A stretch of DNA of 64,000 nucleotides from a virus: the IMG/VR virus record IMGVR_UViG_3300045988_151707, positions 1-64,000 of that record. One strand, written 5' to 3'. The stretch's first letter is position 1, and each line of letters opens with the position of its first letter. The notes under the pieces were generated by a model that saw nothing but the letters and a program-made list of their open reading frames with translations, was not told the DNA's origin and made no database searches. Shown here piece after piece: positions 16,869 to 26,620 of this stretch. The position numbers and the translations under genes are program-made.

Positions 16869-17170
16869 TGACTAAATGCGTGAATTACAGAAATATGCGG
16901 ATGCTCAAACGGATTTTCTCTGCAAATAAAAACCTGCTAAGAATGAGCATGTTGTAAAACACACGGAGTTTGTGTGAAAAAAAGAAATTTGCGGCGGACG
17001 CAAAGAAATTGAAGAATGCCACAAAGAAGATAATGAAGATTTACCTGCAGGACGAAAGAAAAACGCGCACAAAAAGAAAGGCCCAAAGAAAAAATGCCGC
17101 CCCACACACGTATGCAGGAACGGCATTCCAACGGAAAGAAAAAAGCAATATATATAATAAGGTGTAGATG

Positions 17171-17611
17171 TCAGACCACACGCTGTGCGCCGGTCACGTT
17201 GCGGATGGTGAGTGTGCACGAAATCACGCCGTCGCCTTCCTCATACTGAAATTCATAACCGTCGCTCACGGCACGCACAAACATTTCACCGTCGCAAAAT
17301 GTTCTTACAATCAAATGGTTAGTGCTGTTTTTCAGCGTTTCAAGCTGCAAATAGGTTTCCTGCGTCACCATCTCTACCTCCCAACTCACCGTCACTTCGT
17401 AAGAATCTCCGGCCACGCTGGTTTCCGCGCTCTCCTTCAGGCTCCCCGATTTCGGTTTCATCTGAATGGAAATCTTACGGTCGCCCGACACAGAAAAATC
17501 AGGTTTGTCACTTTTCTTCTCAATATTGAACGGGCGGGAAAACGTAACCGCGTCGTCCGGATAAGCTTCAATGCTGCCTATCAACTCGTAATAATTCTCG
17601 CTGCAATTCAT
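17171..17611 (-). CDS. Hypothetical protein
   Basis: 146-aa ORF on the coding strand. TAACTTTG box ~45 nt upstream. Confidence 0.5.
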   Translation of the reverse strand: MNCSENYYELIGSIEAYPDDAVTFSRPFNIEKKSDKPDFSVSGDRKISIQMKPKSGSLKESAETSVAGDSYEVTVSWEVEMVTQETYLQLETLKNSTNHLIVRTFCDGEMFVRAVSDGYEFQYEEGDGVISCTLTIRNVTGAQRVV

Positions 17612-17721
17612 GATTTATGTGTTGTTTTGTGGTTGAAAATGGCGACTGACAAAGTTACTGACAAATCGCACCAACTTTCTTCGTTTCTTTAACTTTTATT
17701 TATTGCTATTCATGTATAAAT

Positions 17722-18384
17722 TTATGGCGTGTATATACAGATTCTTCCGGTTCTCGACTCAAGCTCTTCTTTTCTCACTTTGATGTCAGACTTCATTCTG
17801 GATTTGATTCTCCACCAATATCGCATCATGCTCTCAAATCTTTTCATGTCTATATCGTACAAAACAATGAAATCAGACATGACATCTTCGGAAGTAACAT
17901 GTTCGCCCATTCTATTTGCCCGGAAAATACAGTCATCATGAAATCTGGCGAAATCATACCAGAACTCACGTTTCAATTCATTCCTTATCTTCTTACTTCC
18001 GTTGATATTCAGGTGAAAAAACTTATCCACTTTCACCTCACCGCTAAATTTGCAGACGCTTTCAGGCATTTCCAACTCCAGGTAATCTTCTTTCTCTTTT
18101 TCAGTCAACATTTTAAACTGAGCGGTAAATAATGATTTCTGAGGTTTCAAATGAAAGGCTACTTCATTATAGGAAAAATCTGTTATACCCGAAAAATCTG
18201 CATCTCTGAACAAGTGAGTCTTCATATATACACCCAGAAGGCTGTTCTGAGGAAACCTGACCGGAGTTCCATACTTTATTTCGAAGTATTTCTTATAATA
18301 ATCACTCACTTTAAGGAAGCATGAGTGACGCTGCTCATTCATTGAATTTTTTGGCATAGTAGTAAGATAAAGTCTGTAAATCAA
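17722..18384 (-). CDS. Hypothetical protein
   Basis: 220-aa AT-rich ORF. Start possibly at the internal Met (MPKNSMNEQ, ~18357). Confidence 0.5.
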   Translation of the reverse strand: MIYRLYLTTMPKNSMNEQRHSCFLKVSDYYKKYFEIKYGTPVRFPQNSLLGVYMKTHLFRDADFSGITDFSYNEVAFHLKPQKSLFTAQFKMLTEKEKEDYLELEMPESVCKFSGEVKVDKFFHLNINGSKKIRNELKREFWYDFARFHDDCIFRANRMGEHVTSEDVMSDFIVLYDIDMKRFESMMRYWWRIKSRMKSDIKVRKEELESRTGRICIYTP

Positions 18385-18724
18385 TTAATCAACAGCAAGT
18401 TACGGACGATTCAACACCAATCGGAATTTCATTCAACAAAAAAAGGTTAAGCGACTGGGGCCTTATTTTGCGTGTTTTTCACGATTTTGCAAAGCTGTGC
18501 AATTTTCTTGCAAAACACTTCTCAATACTTATTTATTTAATTATCAATCATTTATAGTGTATAATAAATAATAAATAAAGAGTTATTGCCGATTGTTCAT
18601 TGATTTTGAAGTGAAGAAAACGTATTTTTTCGGTAAAGAACAGATTTCAGGCTGTACGGCTTTTTCTTTTATGTCCATTGCGTAGCTCTCTCTGTTACAC
18701 GGTGAAGTTGGATATAAAGGAAGT

Positions 18725-18794
18725 AGAACGAAAGGGGAAAGGCGTGCTTTGTCGTCCCGCGTTCCGCAGGCCGACCTTTCCCTCCTTTCGTTCT
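18725..18794. other. Long imperfect GC-rich hairpin inside a gene-free region
   Basis: AGAACGAAAGG-GGAAAGG pairs with CCTTTCC-CT-CCTTTCGTTCT (11 + 7 bp stems, 2-nt bulge, 32-nt loop). Confidence 0.7.
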
Positions 18795-19347
18795 TTCAGG
18801 TTTCCATTCGGATTCCTTCCCCATTCGGACGCTCACAGGAAGAAATGATTCGACTGATGTACGCCCTTCTCTACCCTACGAAAAATTTTTATTTTAAAGA
18901 TTTTGTAAACTCGTTTTTCGTGAAAAATCGGCAAAATATCAAAAAGTACAATACTTTTAATTGATTATCAGATAGTTATTCATTGCAAAAATTTAGCCAA
19001 CGCTTCGCAAGCTTTGCAAAATTGCTTACAAATGATACTTAACTAACTGATTATCAAATTGCAAAATGTTTTGCAAAGGGTGTGTAAAACTTGTAATATT
19101 TGATACTGAATTGATTTTCTAAGCGATTTTCTCTTTGTGTCGGAATGATTTTCCTGAAAGTCTCGTGCCTACTCCACTCAAATGGCGTAACTACGCGACA
19201 AAAGTGTCTATTAAGCGCGGCCGCAGTGGCGATACTATGCCAGTTTGGAATTTATGTGACGAAATACGGCTTTTGTTGACAGAAAAAAGGCGTAAAAGTG
19301 CTATTACATACACTTCTACGCCTCCTTAAAAATGAATCAGAAAGTGA

Positions 19348-19800
19348 TTAATTGAAACCTCCTCCTCCCTGGTCCTCTCCTTCCTCACCCGGCTCGGTTG
19401 TTCCTGGTGTGCTGTTTCCTTCTTCATACATCCTGTTGAGCGACATCTTGTCTATCTGTGCCTTGAAATCCTTACTCGGCTGGAACAGCACTCTTTTACG
19501 GATAATCTTTTCTTCTCCGCTTACCTCGGAACTCTTACAGGTAATGGCTGGCTTCAGGTATCCCATGTTTCCCAGGCTTACACCATGACCTTCGAGCATC
19601 CAGGTACAAGCCGATTCCACCATGGTCTCTACCACGGCGCGGCAGGTTGCCTTACTGATTCCGGAACGGAGGGAAATCTGTTCGATTACTTTTTCAAAAC
19701 TTACGGTTCCACCACGAACCGCTTCGGCCACATACTTTTCTGTGCCATCCTTGTCAAATCCAAAGGTCTTCTTTACGACCTTATAGTTCAAGCCTCCCAT
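19348..19800 (-). CDS. HU/IHF-family DNA-binding protein, second paralogue, tail ending GGGGFN
   Basis: ..SKATCRAVVETMVESACTWMLEGHGVSLGNMGYLKP..VLFQPSKDFK. The start at 19800 (MGGLNYKV) mirrors paralogue 1; the ORF track extends to 19854. Confidence 0.8.
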   Translation of the reverse strand: MGGLNYKVVKKTFGFDKDGTEKYVAEAVRGGTVSFEKVIEQISLRSGISKATCRAVVETMVESACTWMLEGHGVSLGNMGYLKPAITCKSSEVSGEEKIIRKRVLFQPSKDFKAQIDKMSLNRMYEEGNSTPGTTEPGEEGEDQGGGGFN

Positions 19801-19861
19801 AGTTGTATTTGTATTTAAAAATTCGACGGATAGAAGCGCTTCGTGCGATTCCACCCGTCGA

Positions 19862-19902
19862 TAAATCTAATTTTGCAACCCTCGTTTATGAAGGACTAAA
19901 AA
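19862..19902 (-). promoter_or_regulatory. Late-type promoter module (GTCCTTCA-N19-TAGATTTA)
   Basis: Minus strand reads TTTTTAGTCCTTCA-N19-TAGATTTA, upstream of HU gene 2. Confidence 0.55.
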
Positions 19903-20298
19903 TCATCCTTCTTTCGTGTCTCCTTTCTTCTGGTTATGTTCTTTGTTCAGGAAGTCTTCATAAAGCTTTTTCTCCGCTTCCTCCATGCGATGCTTCATCT
20001 CCTTCAATACGGTAGCTTGTACCAGCTGACGGTTTCTCTTTACCAACTCAGCCATTTCGTATTTTTCTTCTTTTACAAACTGTTCGATTAGCCTGTTCTG
20101 CACGTCGATGTAAACGGAGTCAATGGTGTGCGTGCTGTATTTTATGTAGTCGTCAATTTTGAGAACGGCGTGCTCCAGGTTGTCTATTTTCTTCTCGTTT
20201 CGTGTCATCCATCGCGAGATTGCCCGGTAGATCAGGAATAGCGCGGTGGAGTTAATGCAAACAAAAACGATGCTGATTATTAAGTCTGCGGTATTCAT
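19903..20298 (-). CDS. Hypothetical membrane-anchored coiled-coil protein
   Basis: N-terminal TM helix LIISIVFVCINSTALFLIY followed by a helical, charged region. Confidence 0.5.
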   Translation of the reverse strand: MNTADLIISIVFVCINSTALFLIYRAISRWMTRNEKKIDNLEHAVLKIDDYIKYSTHTIDSVYIDVQNRLIEQFVKEEKYEMAELVKRNRQLVQATVLKEMKHRMEEAEKKLYEDFLNKEHNQKKGDTKEG

Positions 20299-20300
20299 AA

Positions 20301-20894
20301 TTAAAATTTGTTGTTCCCGTGCATGCGTGGACGGGTGCGGTTATACTTCATTTTTTGTTCGATGTGCCAGAGGAGATCGAATCCTTTGATTTTGGAAATG
20401 CAATATATATCATTTAAAATATCTGCTAATAGTACGCCTATCGGGAAATTAGACGAACTGTATCTTCCAGTCAAAACTATCACATCATAGCAAAGTTTGG
20501 TAAAGGTTATTTTACTTAATTCTTTTATATGCTTTTCATTTATCGCATACGGAAGTGACACTTTTGAAAAATCTACTCCTCTTAATCCTGCCAGGTCAAA
20601 TATACGGATGCAGACATCGGCCAGTTCATCTTCCACACTGTCTTTTATGCCGTGCGCAAAAGCATATTTAAACTCTTCGTCGGATCTCTCTCGCAAACTC
20701 ATGTAATTTTCAAATTGAATCCGATCTGCGTGTTTCCCTTTTCTTTCGGCCTGCACAGCTTCCATCAGCTCGCTAATGACCAGACAAAGGAAATGCTCGG
20801 TACTTAAATCCTCGTCGTGCCAGCCGTGTTCTACGGCGTTCTGGTAGGCTTCATCTCTCAGTTTGTTCAGGTTTATCGCTTCAATTGTTTCCAT
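20301..20894 (-). CDS. MazG-like all-alpha nucleotide pyrophosphohydrolase
   Basis: ..AVEHGWHDE......LVISELMEAVQAERKG.....EDELADVCIRIFDLAG matches the MazG/NTP-PPase pattern (E..E and E..D metal ligands). Confidence 0.65.
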   Translation of the reverse strand: METIEAINLNKLRDEAYQNAVEHGWHDEDLSTEHFLCLVISELMEAVQAERKGKHADRIQFENYMSLRERSDEEFKYAFAHGIKDSVEDELADVCIRIFDLAGLRGVDFSKVSLPYAINEKHIKELSKITFTKLCYDVIVLTGRYSSSNFPIGVLLADILNDIYCISKIKGFDLLWHIEQKMKYNRTRPRMHGNNKF

Positions 20895-21057
20895 CTATTA
20901 CGTCTCCTTTCTTTAGTTTTCTTGCTTCTTTTTCATTTCTATAATACAGCGTGATAACACATGGCCGGCCATTCTTTTCGGCCACAGCCTGCACCTCGTA
21001 TTTATTGGTGCGTGCCCGGTAAAGTACGCTCACTATTCGCTTGATTGTGGTTGGCAT
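20881..21057 (-). CDS. Small hypothetical protein (58 aa, below the ORF-track cutoff)
   Basis: Hand-translated MPTTIKRIVSVLYRARTNKYEVQAVAEKNGRPCVITLYYRNEKEARKLKKGDVIDGNN. Its stop overlaps the next gene's start region and it fills an otherwise empty gap. Confidence 0.35.
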   Translation of the reverse strand: MPTTIKRIVSVLYRARTNKYEVQAVAEKNGRPCVITLYYRNEKEARKLKKGDVIDGNN

Positions 21058-21174
21058 AGGCTATTCTCTCCGTTAATTATTTTAATTGCTTCCTCTAAAG
21101 TAATTTTACCAAAAATGTAATCCATTCTTACTTCTTTTAATTTCTCCTCTAATGTCTTTTCGTAGGTTATACAT

Positions 21175-21480
21175 TTATTTTTTTTCTATATCTGTTACCT
21201 CCCCAGATATTACTCTGGCTTTATGCAATAAGTAATTCTCCGATTCTAACCGTTGAAGTTCTGTTTCTTTATCGGAAAGGAACTTTTCTTCCACCATCCG
21301 GATGGCTGAAATCGCATCCTCCAGGGTGACGTATGCTGTATGGTCTTCGCGCCTGTGCAGCCGGTCTTGGTCGTCCGTGAAATCTCCACTGGGGAGAAGG
21401 TAAAGATTTTCTCTCTCCCATCTTACCCGGCTTCTGCACCATACTTTCATGCGTCCCTTTAAAAATCGTATTGCGTCCAT
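21175..21480 (-). CDS. Hypothetical protein
   Basis: 101-aa ORF in the tightly packed early-gene array. Confidence 0.45.
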   Translation of the reverse strand: MDAIRFLKGRMKVWCRSRVRWERENLYLLPSGDFTDDQDRLHRREDHTAYVTLEDAISAIRMVEEKFLSDKETELQRLESENYLLHKARVISGEVTDIEKK

Positions 21481-21510
21481 TTTACTCTTTCACTATTAGT
21501 TCTACTTCTC

Positions 21511-21777
21511 CTACAGCCATTTATCCAAACCTTTTATTAATCGACCAGAGTTATGATCTATAAAGGCCTTTATACTCGGTTCTTCATGAGTAGGAATATT
21601 AATACTATCACCTAATCGTTTTTCTAATTCTTCGTCAGAAATAAATGTTTCTCTTTTAACTTTAGCACGAGCAGTTTTCCGATTTTTCTTTATAACGAAA
21701 GAATCCATCGACACCTCATTTTCACCTGAAAAACATTTAGAAAGCGATATAGTTACTAATTCTGTTTCTCCTTCCAT
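21511..21777 (-). CDS. Hypothetical protein
   Basis: 88-aa ORF in the early-gene array. Confidence 0.45.
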   Translation of the reverse strand: MEGETELVTISLSKCFSGENEVSMDSFVIKKNRKTARAKVKRETFISDEELEKRLGDSINIPTHEEPSIKAFIDHNSGRLIKGLDKWL

Positions 21778-21782
21778 AAACT

Positions 21783-22265
21783 TTACTTTTTAGACTTCCA
21801 ATCATTGCATAAATAATGGCTGTACGCTGTGTCAGAATAGAGCCTGCATTCACCCGCTTCTGAATCCTCCGATGGAAGGAAATGAAGGCACGTGAGGCAT
21901 TCTCGCTCTTCCTTTTTGTAGTCCTTGCACCCGGGAAGGAAGAAACCTGTATCTTCCCCATTGTATCCATTCCCTACCCTGAACCTGAGAGGACGGACAA
22001 ATTCGCAAAGCTGACTGTTTGGTTTTTGCTTCTCCCCTTCTTTCAGCGGGCGGGAATGGATGCAGTCGTTGCAGAAATTCACGGTGCGTAGTTTTTCTTC
22101 CCTCGCAATGGGTTTCTTCCGGTTGAGCCAGTTGCTTGTGTCGTTCAACGGGCAGGCTCCGCAGTAGTAATCGTCTTTGTAGTAAAGACAATATCCTTCA
22201 CAGAACACTCCTTTGATTTCTTTCAGCAGACTGGCCTTTATCTTTTCGACGTTCGCATTTGGCAT
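21783..22265 (-). CDS. Cysteine-rich (putative zinc-binding) protein
   Basis: Multiple CxxC pairs: CEGYC, CGAC, CNDC, CLTC. Confidence 0.5.
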   Translation of the reverse strand: MPNANVEKIKASLLKEIKGVFCEGYCLYYKDDYYCGACPLNDTSNWLNRKKPIAREEKLRTVNFCNDCIHSRPLKEGEKQKPNSQLCEFVRPLRFRVGNGYNGEDTGFFLPGCKDYKKEERECLTCLHFLPSEDSEAGECRLYSDTAYSHYLCNDWKSKK

Positions 22266-22588
22266 GATTCTATCAGGTATTTGTCTATTTCAAACCGGAG
22301 ATAAAAGAATACGGTCCAACCCAAACGGTCTATATGCTCGGAGTATTTTACATCCTGGAATCCTTTTATATTCAGGTATCTTTTGAATATCTTGAATCCA
22401 GCTGACATTTCCTTGTATTCTATATTATAGTCATCCGGGCGCCATGGTGCGCACTGTTGCAGTAATATAACGCAATCTTCTTTCGGACATTTCTTTATCT
22501 CTCTTATGGTTCCTTCCAGCAGGCGTTTTGCCACGATGTTGGTCTTTTTAATGCGAATAGATTTGAAATCTTCTGGTATGAATATCAT
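22238..22588 (-). CDS. Hypothetical protein
   Basis: 116-aa ORF overlapping both neighbours. Confidence 0.45.
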   Translation of the reverse strand: MIFIPEDFKSIRIKKTNIVAKRLLEGTIREIKKCPKEDCVILLQQCAPWRPDDYNIEYKEMSAGFKIFKRYLNIKGFQDVKYSEHIDRLGWTVFFYLRFEIDKYLIESCQMRTSKR

Positions 22589-23010
22589 GGCTCTTCCTCC
22601 TTTTTGCTGAAATGTTCAATTAGTTCCTGAACGGTGGCTTTGTGTGTATTGAGATAAAGACAGTCGTAAAAAAACATATCCTCAATTTTATCTTCATTGA
22701 AGATAAACCATTCATATACACGAAAGCTTTCTATTACAGCGTCCATGCTATCATATATAAACCATTGTCCTTTATCTGTATCGTCACGTAATGATGCTAT
22801 TGCCAGAAACAGGTCTTCGTTAGTACCGCAGTCAATGTCGTTCGGATAAAGATGCTGAAATCCATCTTGCACGGAAATATACATTCCGTAATTGGCCGCC
22901 AACCATTCTCCCTTAAAATCGTCAAGAGTATTGGCTCTTTGCCCCAGTTCCTGAAGCTTTTTCCGCAGTTCCGGTGTGTTCTTCCGGATAAAACAAGGTT
23001 GTGTAAACAT
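22585..23010 (-). CDS. Hypothetical protein
   Basis: 141-aa ORF with a 4-nt overlap to the next gene. Confidence 0.5.
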   Translation of the reverse strand: MFTQPCFIRKNTPELRKKLQELGQRANTLDDFKGEWLAANYGMYISVQDGFQHLYPNDIDCGTNEDLFLAIASLRDDTDKGQWFIYDSMDAVIESFRVYEWFIFNEDKIEDMFFYDCLYLNTHKATVQELIEHFSKKEEEP

Positions 23011-23020
23011 AAGCTGATTC

Positions 23021-23425
23021 TTATAAGTAAGTTAATGACTCTTTTATTCCGTCGTTCAAAGCTTTCTCGAATGTGTCGGTATATCCGTCCATCTGCGATA
23101 TGAGAGACAGATCCTCCATGTCGTACAGGCGGTAGTACCAGCCGTGTTTGTTGAGGTCGACAACGATGTGGATCTTTCCTTTTGTGCGGACCCATTTTTG
23201 CGCGGCGTATAGCGTGGGAGCCAGGTATTCACCCTGGTATCTTGTATATCTTAACAGATGACGGAACTTCCTCACGTGGAACGTTAATACGCTTAGCACC
23301 GACCGTCCTGTTTCATCCGTTATGTAACTGGCACGACAGTCTTCTCTATATCCTTTGTCCTGAAGAAGCTTTGCTACTTCAAAAGTGACAAAGTTTTCAT
23401 TTTTCATATTTCGTTCTGTTGACAT
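23021..23425 (-). CDS. Hypothetical protein
   Basis: 134-aa ORF in the early-gene array. Confidence 0.5.
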   Translation of the reverse strand: MSTERNMKNENFVTFEVAKLLQDKGYREDCRASYITDETGRSVLSVLTFHVRKFRHLLRYTRYQGEYLAPTLYAAQKWVRTKGKIHIVVDLNKHGWYYRLYDMEDLSLISQMDGYTDTFEKALNDGIKESLTYL

Positions 23426-23429
23426 GGTG

Positions 23430-23765
23430 CTATGCTTTTGATGGTTTTAAAAAGTTTCTTGCAAATCCTAAATCCAGTCCTCTATCGTGGTAAAACTTCA
23501 ATACTGCATCGTAGCTGTGCCGGGTATAGAAACCTATATCGTCAAGAGAATTGATTATTCCCAAAGCTGTGTATCTCCGGTAATCTTCAATCGTGAAGTA
23601 AGTGTTTGGAGAGTATTTGGAGCCACCGGAAAACTTAAAGTGAAGGATACCTTCATGCTCCTGTATCTGAACTACAGGCCAACGGTAACTGTCCTTAAAT
23701 TTAGGAATATCCTTCCATTTAAGTTTTGACTTCCGGCTTTCGTGGATTCTAATTTTATTTTCCAA
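23430..23765 (-). CDS. Hypothetical protein
   Basis: 111-aa ORF in the early-gene array. Confidence 0.45.
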   Translation of the reverse strand: MENKIRIHESRKSKLKWKDIPKFKDSYRWPVVQIQEHEGILHFKFSGGSKYSPNTYFTIEDYRRYTALGIINSLDDIGFYTRHSYDAVLKFYHDRGLDLGFARNFLKPSKA

Positions 23766-24021
23766 GACAAGTTATATTAAAATTGTTACCATTTGAACAA
23801 TAACTGCACATTGATGTGAACGGAGAATAAACCCTTCCGCACTTTGGACATATCCAACCTTGCTGTCCAAATATCCCCGAATTTAATTTTGTTGAATTTT
23901 CCTTTTCCTCCCTTGCCATTTCTACAGCTTTTAAGGCAGTTTCTTCCGATACAATGTAACAAAGTTGTCCTCCAGGATAATCTTCACGTCTTTTTGATTT
24001 TATGTATTCTTCCGGTGTCAT
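23755..24021 (-). CDS. Zinc-ribbon protein
   Basis: CPKCGRVYSPFTSMCSYC. Confidence 0.5.
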   Translation of the reverse strand: MTPEEYIKSKRREDYPGGQLCYIVSEETALKAVEMAREEKENSTKLNSGIFGQQGWICPKCGRVYSPFTSMCSYCSNGNNFNITCLGK

Positions 24022-24023
24022 AA

Positions 24024-24500
24024 TTATTGTATGTTAAGTAAAACCCATATTAAGCAGACAAACATAATGAAGGCGACAATCCCTGCACAAATGGCCGGGG
24101 TTAGCATTCTCTTCCACAATATATCTGCCTTGTGGCATCGTTCGTTGATATAATTGATTTTTGAAATGTGCTCACCAAACTGAAGCTCCATCATGTGACG
24201 TGCCCAGCCAGTAAGCATCTTATCAAATCTTTGTCTGGCTTCTTCTTTGATAGTGAACATCCCTGAAGGGTTTAGCAGGTATGAATGTGTCCTGAACTCA
24301 AATTCTTCTGAATCCAGAATGTCACGTCCACCGCTACTTCGTATCTCCATGGAGACTTTAAGCCATGGAATTGCTTTTGTTTCCCACATTTCGAGGGCAC
24401 GTTTCTCTATTTCTTCTGCGTTGGCGTTGGCCAGCTCTTTCATCTTTTCGTACTCGTCTTTCGGTACGAATACGACTGCTTTTTTATCGTTGATATACAT
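24024..24500 (-). CDS. Hypothetical protein with C-terminal TM helix
   Basis: C-terminal ICAGIVAFIMFVCLIWVLL. Confidence 0.5.
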   Translation of the reverse strand: MYINDKKAVVFVPKDEYEKMKELANANAEEIEKRALEMWETKAIPWLKVSMEIRSSGGRDILDSEEFEFRTHSYLLNPSGMFTIKEEARQRFDKMLTGWARHMMELQFGEHISKINYINERCHKADILWKRMLTPAICAGIVAFIMFVCLIWVLLNIQ

Positions 24501-24516
24501 AGTTCCTGATTTTAGA

Positions 24517-25146
24517 TTATTCTTTACTTTCCTGACTTTCTTCGATCATCCTTTTCACTTCCTGAATGTCGCAGGTGAATTTGTTATAAAAACTATCGTA
24601 CTGGGAACATTCTTCGTCGACATACTCTATCCATGCCGTTTTGGTTTCAAGGTTGATAATTATCATCGGCCTGTTGCAGGAATCGTCTTTCCCTTGTACC
24701 CTGCACCTTATCTGCTGAATATGATATTCGGAAAGAATATGAGGTATTTTCCCGTTGTATAAATCGTCTATTGGTCCGGTGTAGATAATGTTTTTCGTTT
24801 TCATACCTGGGTATTTAAGTTCAATCATTGGTTTATGGTATAATATCGGCCGTTTTATTTCGCTCCATGCGATTGGCCTTACATTGTAGGCCCATGTCCC
24901 GTCTGACATGATGAAGGAATTGGTGTATCTTCCGTCTCCCAGCATGACGTTCACGCATTGTCCTTTCGGAGGGAGTGAAGCTTGTACGCTTTTCCATTGT
25001 GAAAAAACCGACGCATCCCACGCTTGCCACATTGCTTCGGTTATATCGCCGATGTAGAAATGTACGTTTTCATTGCTGACTGAGTCCTTATTACGGTCGT
25101 TAAACAGCTGCGTGACGTATTGGTGTATATATTCTTCCTTATCCAT
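24517..25146 (-). CDS. Hypothetical protein
   Basis: 209-aa ORF in the early-gene array. Confidence 0.5.
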   Translation of the reverse strand: MDKEEYIHQYVTQLFNDRNKDSVSNENVHFYIGDITEAMWQAWDASVFSQWKSVQASLPPKGQCVNVMLGDGRYTNSFIMSDGTWAYNVRPIAWSEIKRPILYHKPMIELKYPGMKTKNIIYTGPIDDLYNGKIPHILSEYHIQQIRCRVQGKDDSCNRPMIIINLETKTAWIEYVDEECSQYDSFYNKFTCDIQEVKRMIEESQESKE

Positions 25147-25158
25147 GGTTTATTTTAT

Positions 25159-25581
25159 TTATTCATTTAGCACATTTCCAAGAGACTTCATTCTCTGTAC
25201 TAGATGTAGGCAAAGGGTCATATATTCTTCTACCTTTTCGCCTGTCGGAAGTCCCCAATCATATTGACTTATACTTAAAAGCGTATCACACCCGCTGCAT
25301 GAGCCATAATAATTATCAAATATCCAATAGTCCCCACAACTAGGTTGATAACATTCTCTATGAATCAAGAATATCTGAGTTCCTTGATAATCTCCATGGT
25401 CTGAAATATCTATATCTGTAGAAATCCTATCGACTGATTTCACATCGTAGTTAAGAGCATTTTCTATAAGTGCAATCACTAAATCTTCATAACTACCATA
25501 TTCTTTCTGTTCGTGGGACTTTAGCCAGTTTCTTAGGTTTTCCTTCCCTTTTTCCCATCTTTCAATAATATCTTTTTCCAT
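25159..25581 (-). CDS. Hypothetical protein
   Basis: 140-aa ORF in the early-gene array. Confidence 0.5.
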   Translation of the reverse strand: MEKDIIERWEKGKENLRNWLKSHEQKEYGSYEDLVIALIENALNYDVKSVDRISTDIDISDHGDYQGTQIFLIHRECYQPSCGDYWIFDNYYGSCSGCDTLLSISQYDWGLPTGEKVEEYMTLCLHLVQRMKSLGNVLNE

Positions 25582-25589
25582 ATCATTTA

Positions 25590-25979
25590 TTAATTATTTT
25601 TTCCATTTAGTTTAGGTTTCGGGAACCAGTAGTCACATTCATAATCTCCGTAGTCCTCAAAATGAAAATCGGGAGAAGTTGCTACTTTATATTTCCCGTC
25701 TTCCTGGTAGATGTATCCGCTTACGAATGCTCCGTTTGACACCATACGGCAGACAACCTCCTCGTTCGGGTCAGGTTGCCGTTCTTTTACGTTTGTCAGA
25801 AGGCCGCCGAGCATGGCATCCCATCCGTCCAGATATGCCTGTTCAACATAGTATATATCAAAATCGGACATTCGTTTTGCTCGTTCCATCCCGTATTTCT
25901 CCACATAATACGATTTAACTGAGTTCATAAGCCCATCGGCGTATTCTCTTGCTTTTTCTTCTTTCTCCATTTCGTTCAT
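25590..25979 (-). CDS. Hypothetical protein
   Basis: 129-aa ORF in the early-gene array. Confidence 0.5.
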   Translation of the reverse strand: MNEMEKEEKAREYADGLMNSVKSYYVEKYGMERAKRMSDFDIYYVEQAYLDGWDAMLGGLLTNVKERQPDPNEEVVCRMVSNGAFVSGYIYQEDGKYKVATSPDFHFEDYGDYECDYWFPKPKLNGKNN

Positions 25980-26203
25980 GCTTTTTTCTTCTTTGTTTTG
26001 AGTTTTGTGTACTCGGTCATTTCTTTGTCGAAGACAGACAGAAGTTCGGGCTTCTTTTCTTCCGGGATGTAGCCAGTATCAATCAGCTGCTGAATCAGTC
26101 TATCTGTTACCTCTCTGCTCTTCCTGACAGTCTTTTGAAGGCTTGATAGCGCCACTACCGACGAGGACGGGTGCATCTGGTCCGCTCTGTATAGCTTAAT
26201 CAT
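25976..26203 (-). CDS. Hypothetical protein
   Basis: 75-aa ORF with a 4-nt overlap to the next gene. Confidence 0.4.
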   Translation of the reverse strand: MIKLYRADQMHPSSSVVALSSLQKTVRKSREVTDRLIQQLIDTGYIPEEKKPELLSVFDKEMTEYTKLKTKKKKA

Positions 26204-26208
26204 ACTGA

Positions 26209-26595
26209 TTACCTATATTTTATGTTACGTACATCTTCAATCGCTTCTACTTTACCTGACTTCAAATATGGCATATATGTTTTTACCATTACCTCTACTA
26301 AGAGAGTCAGTCTGCCATCCTTTCGTTCCATCCAGACTTCACTCGGAACATTTTGTCCGTATATGCAGCGCATTTCTTCGTGCTCCAATAGCAAAACCAG
26401 GTCTTCTCCTACATCCTGTTCCACTTCCTTTGCAAGTTCATGACCGATAATCTCTCCACAAATAGGGCATTTCACATTTTCATGACCTGTAAAGACGTTA
26501 GTTCTAATATCTTCATGTCCGTATCTAAGTAGAGACTTACATTTAGGACACTCGACTTCCCATTCTTTTATTTCACCTTCTCTTACGACTCTCAT
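26209..26595 (-). CDS. Zinc-ribbon protein
   Basis: CPKC...17 aa...CPIC. Confidence 0.5.
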   Translation of the reverse strand: MRVVREGEIKEWEVECPKCKSLLRYGHEDIRTNVFTGHENVKCPICGEIIGHELAKEVEQDVGEDLVLLLEHEEMRCIYGQNVPSEVWMERKDGRLTLLVEVMVKTYMPYLKSGKVEAIEDVRNIKYR

Positions 26596-26620
26596 GACTC
26601 ATATCTTTCAATTATAATTA

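Noticed and set aside
16905-17219. ORFs 16905-17219, 16937-17131 and 16970-17167 in the intergenic region upstream of the protease gene
   Set aside because: They are mutually overlapping low-complexity (K/R/F-rich) ORFs in a purine/pyrimidine-skewed spacer that also holds a promoter module.
18749-19329. Plus-strand ORFs 18749-18964 and 19135-19329 in the gene-free hub
   Set aside because: Both are short and use non-ATG starts (TTG). They overlap the hairpin and the palindrome clusters and have no supporting motif. They are retained only as a caveat under the finding for this region.
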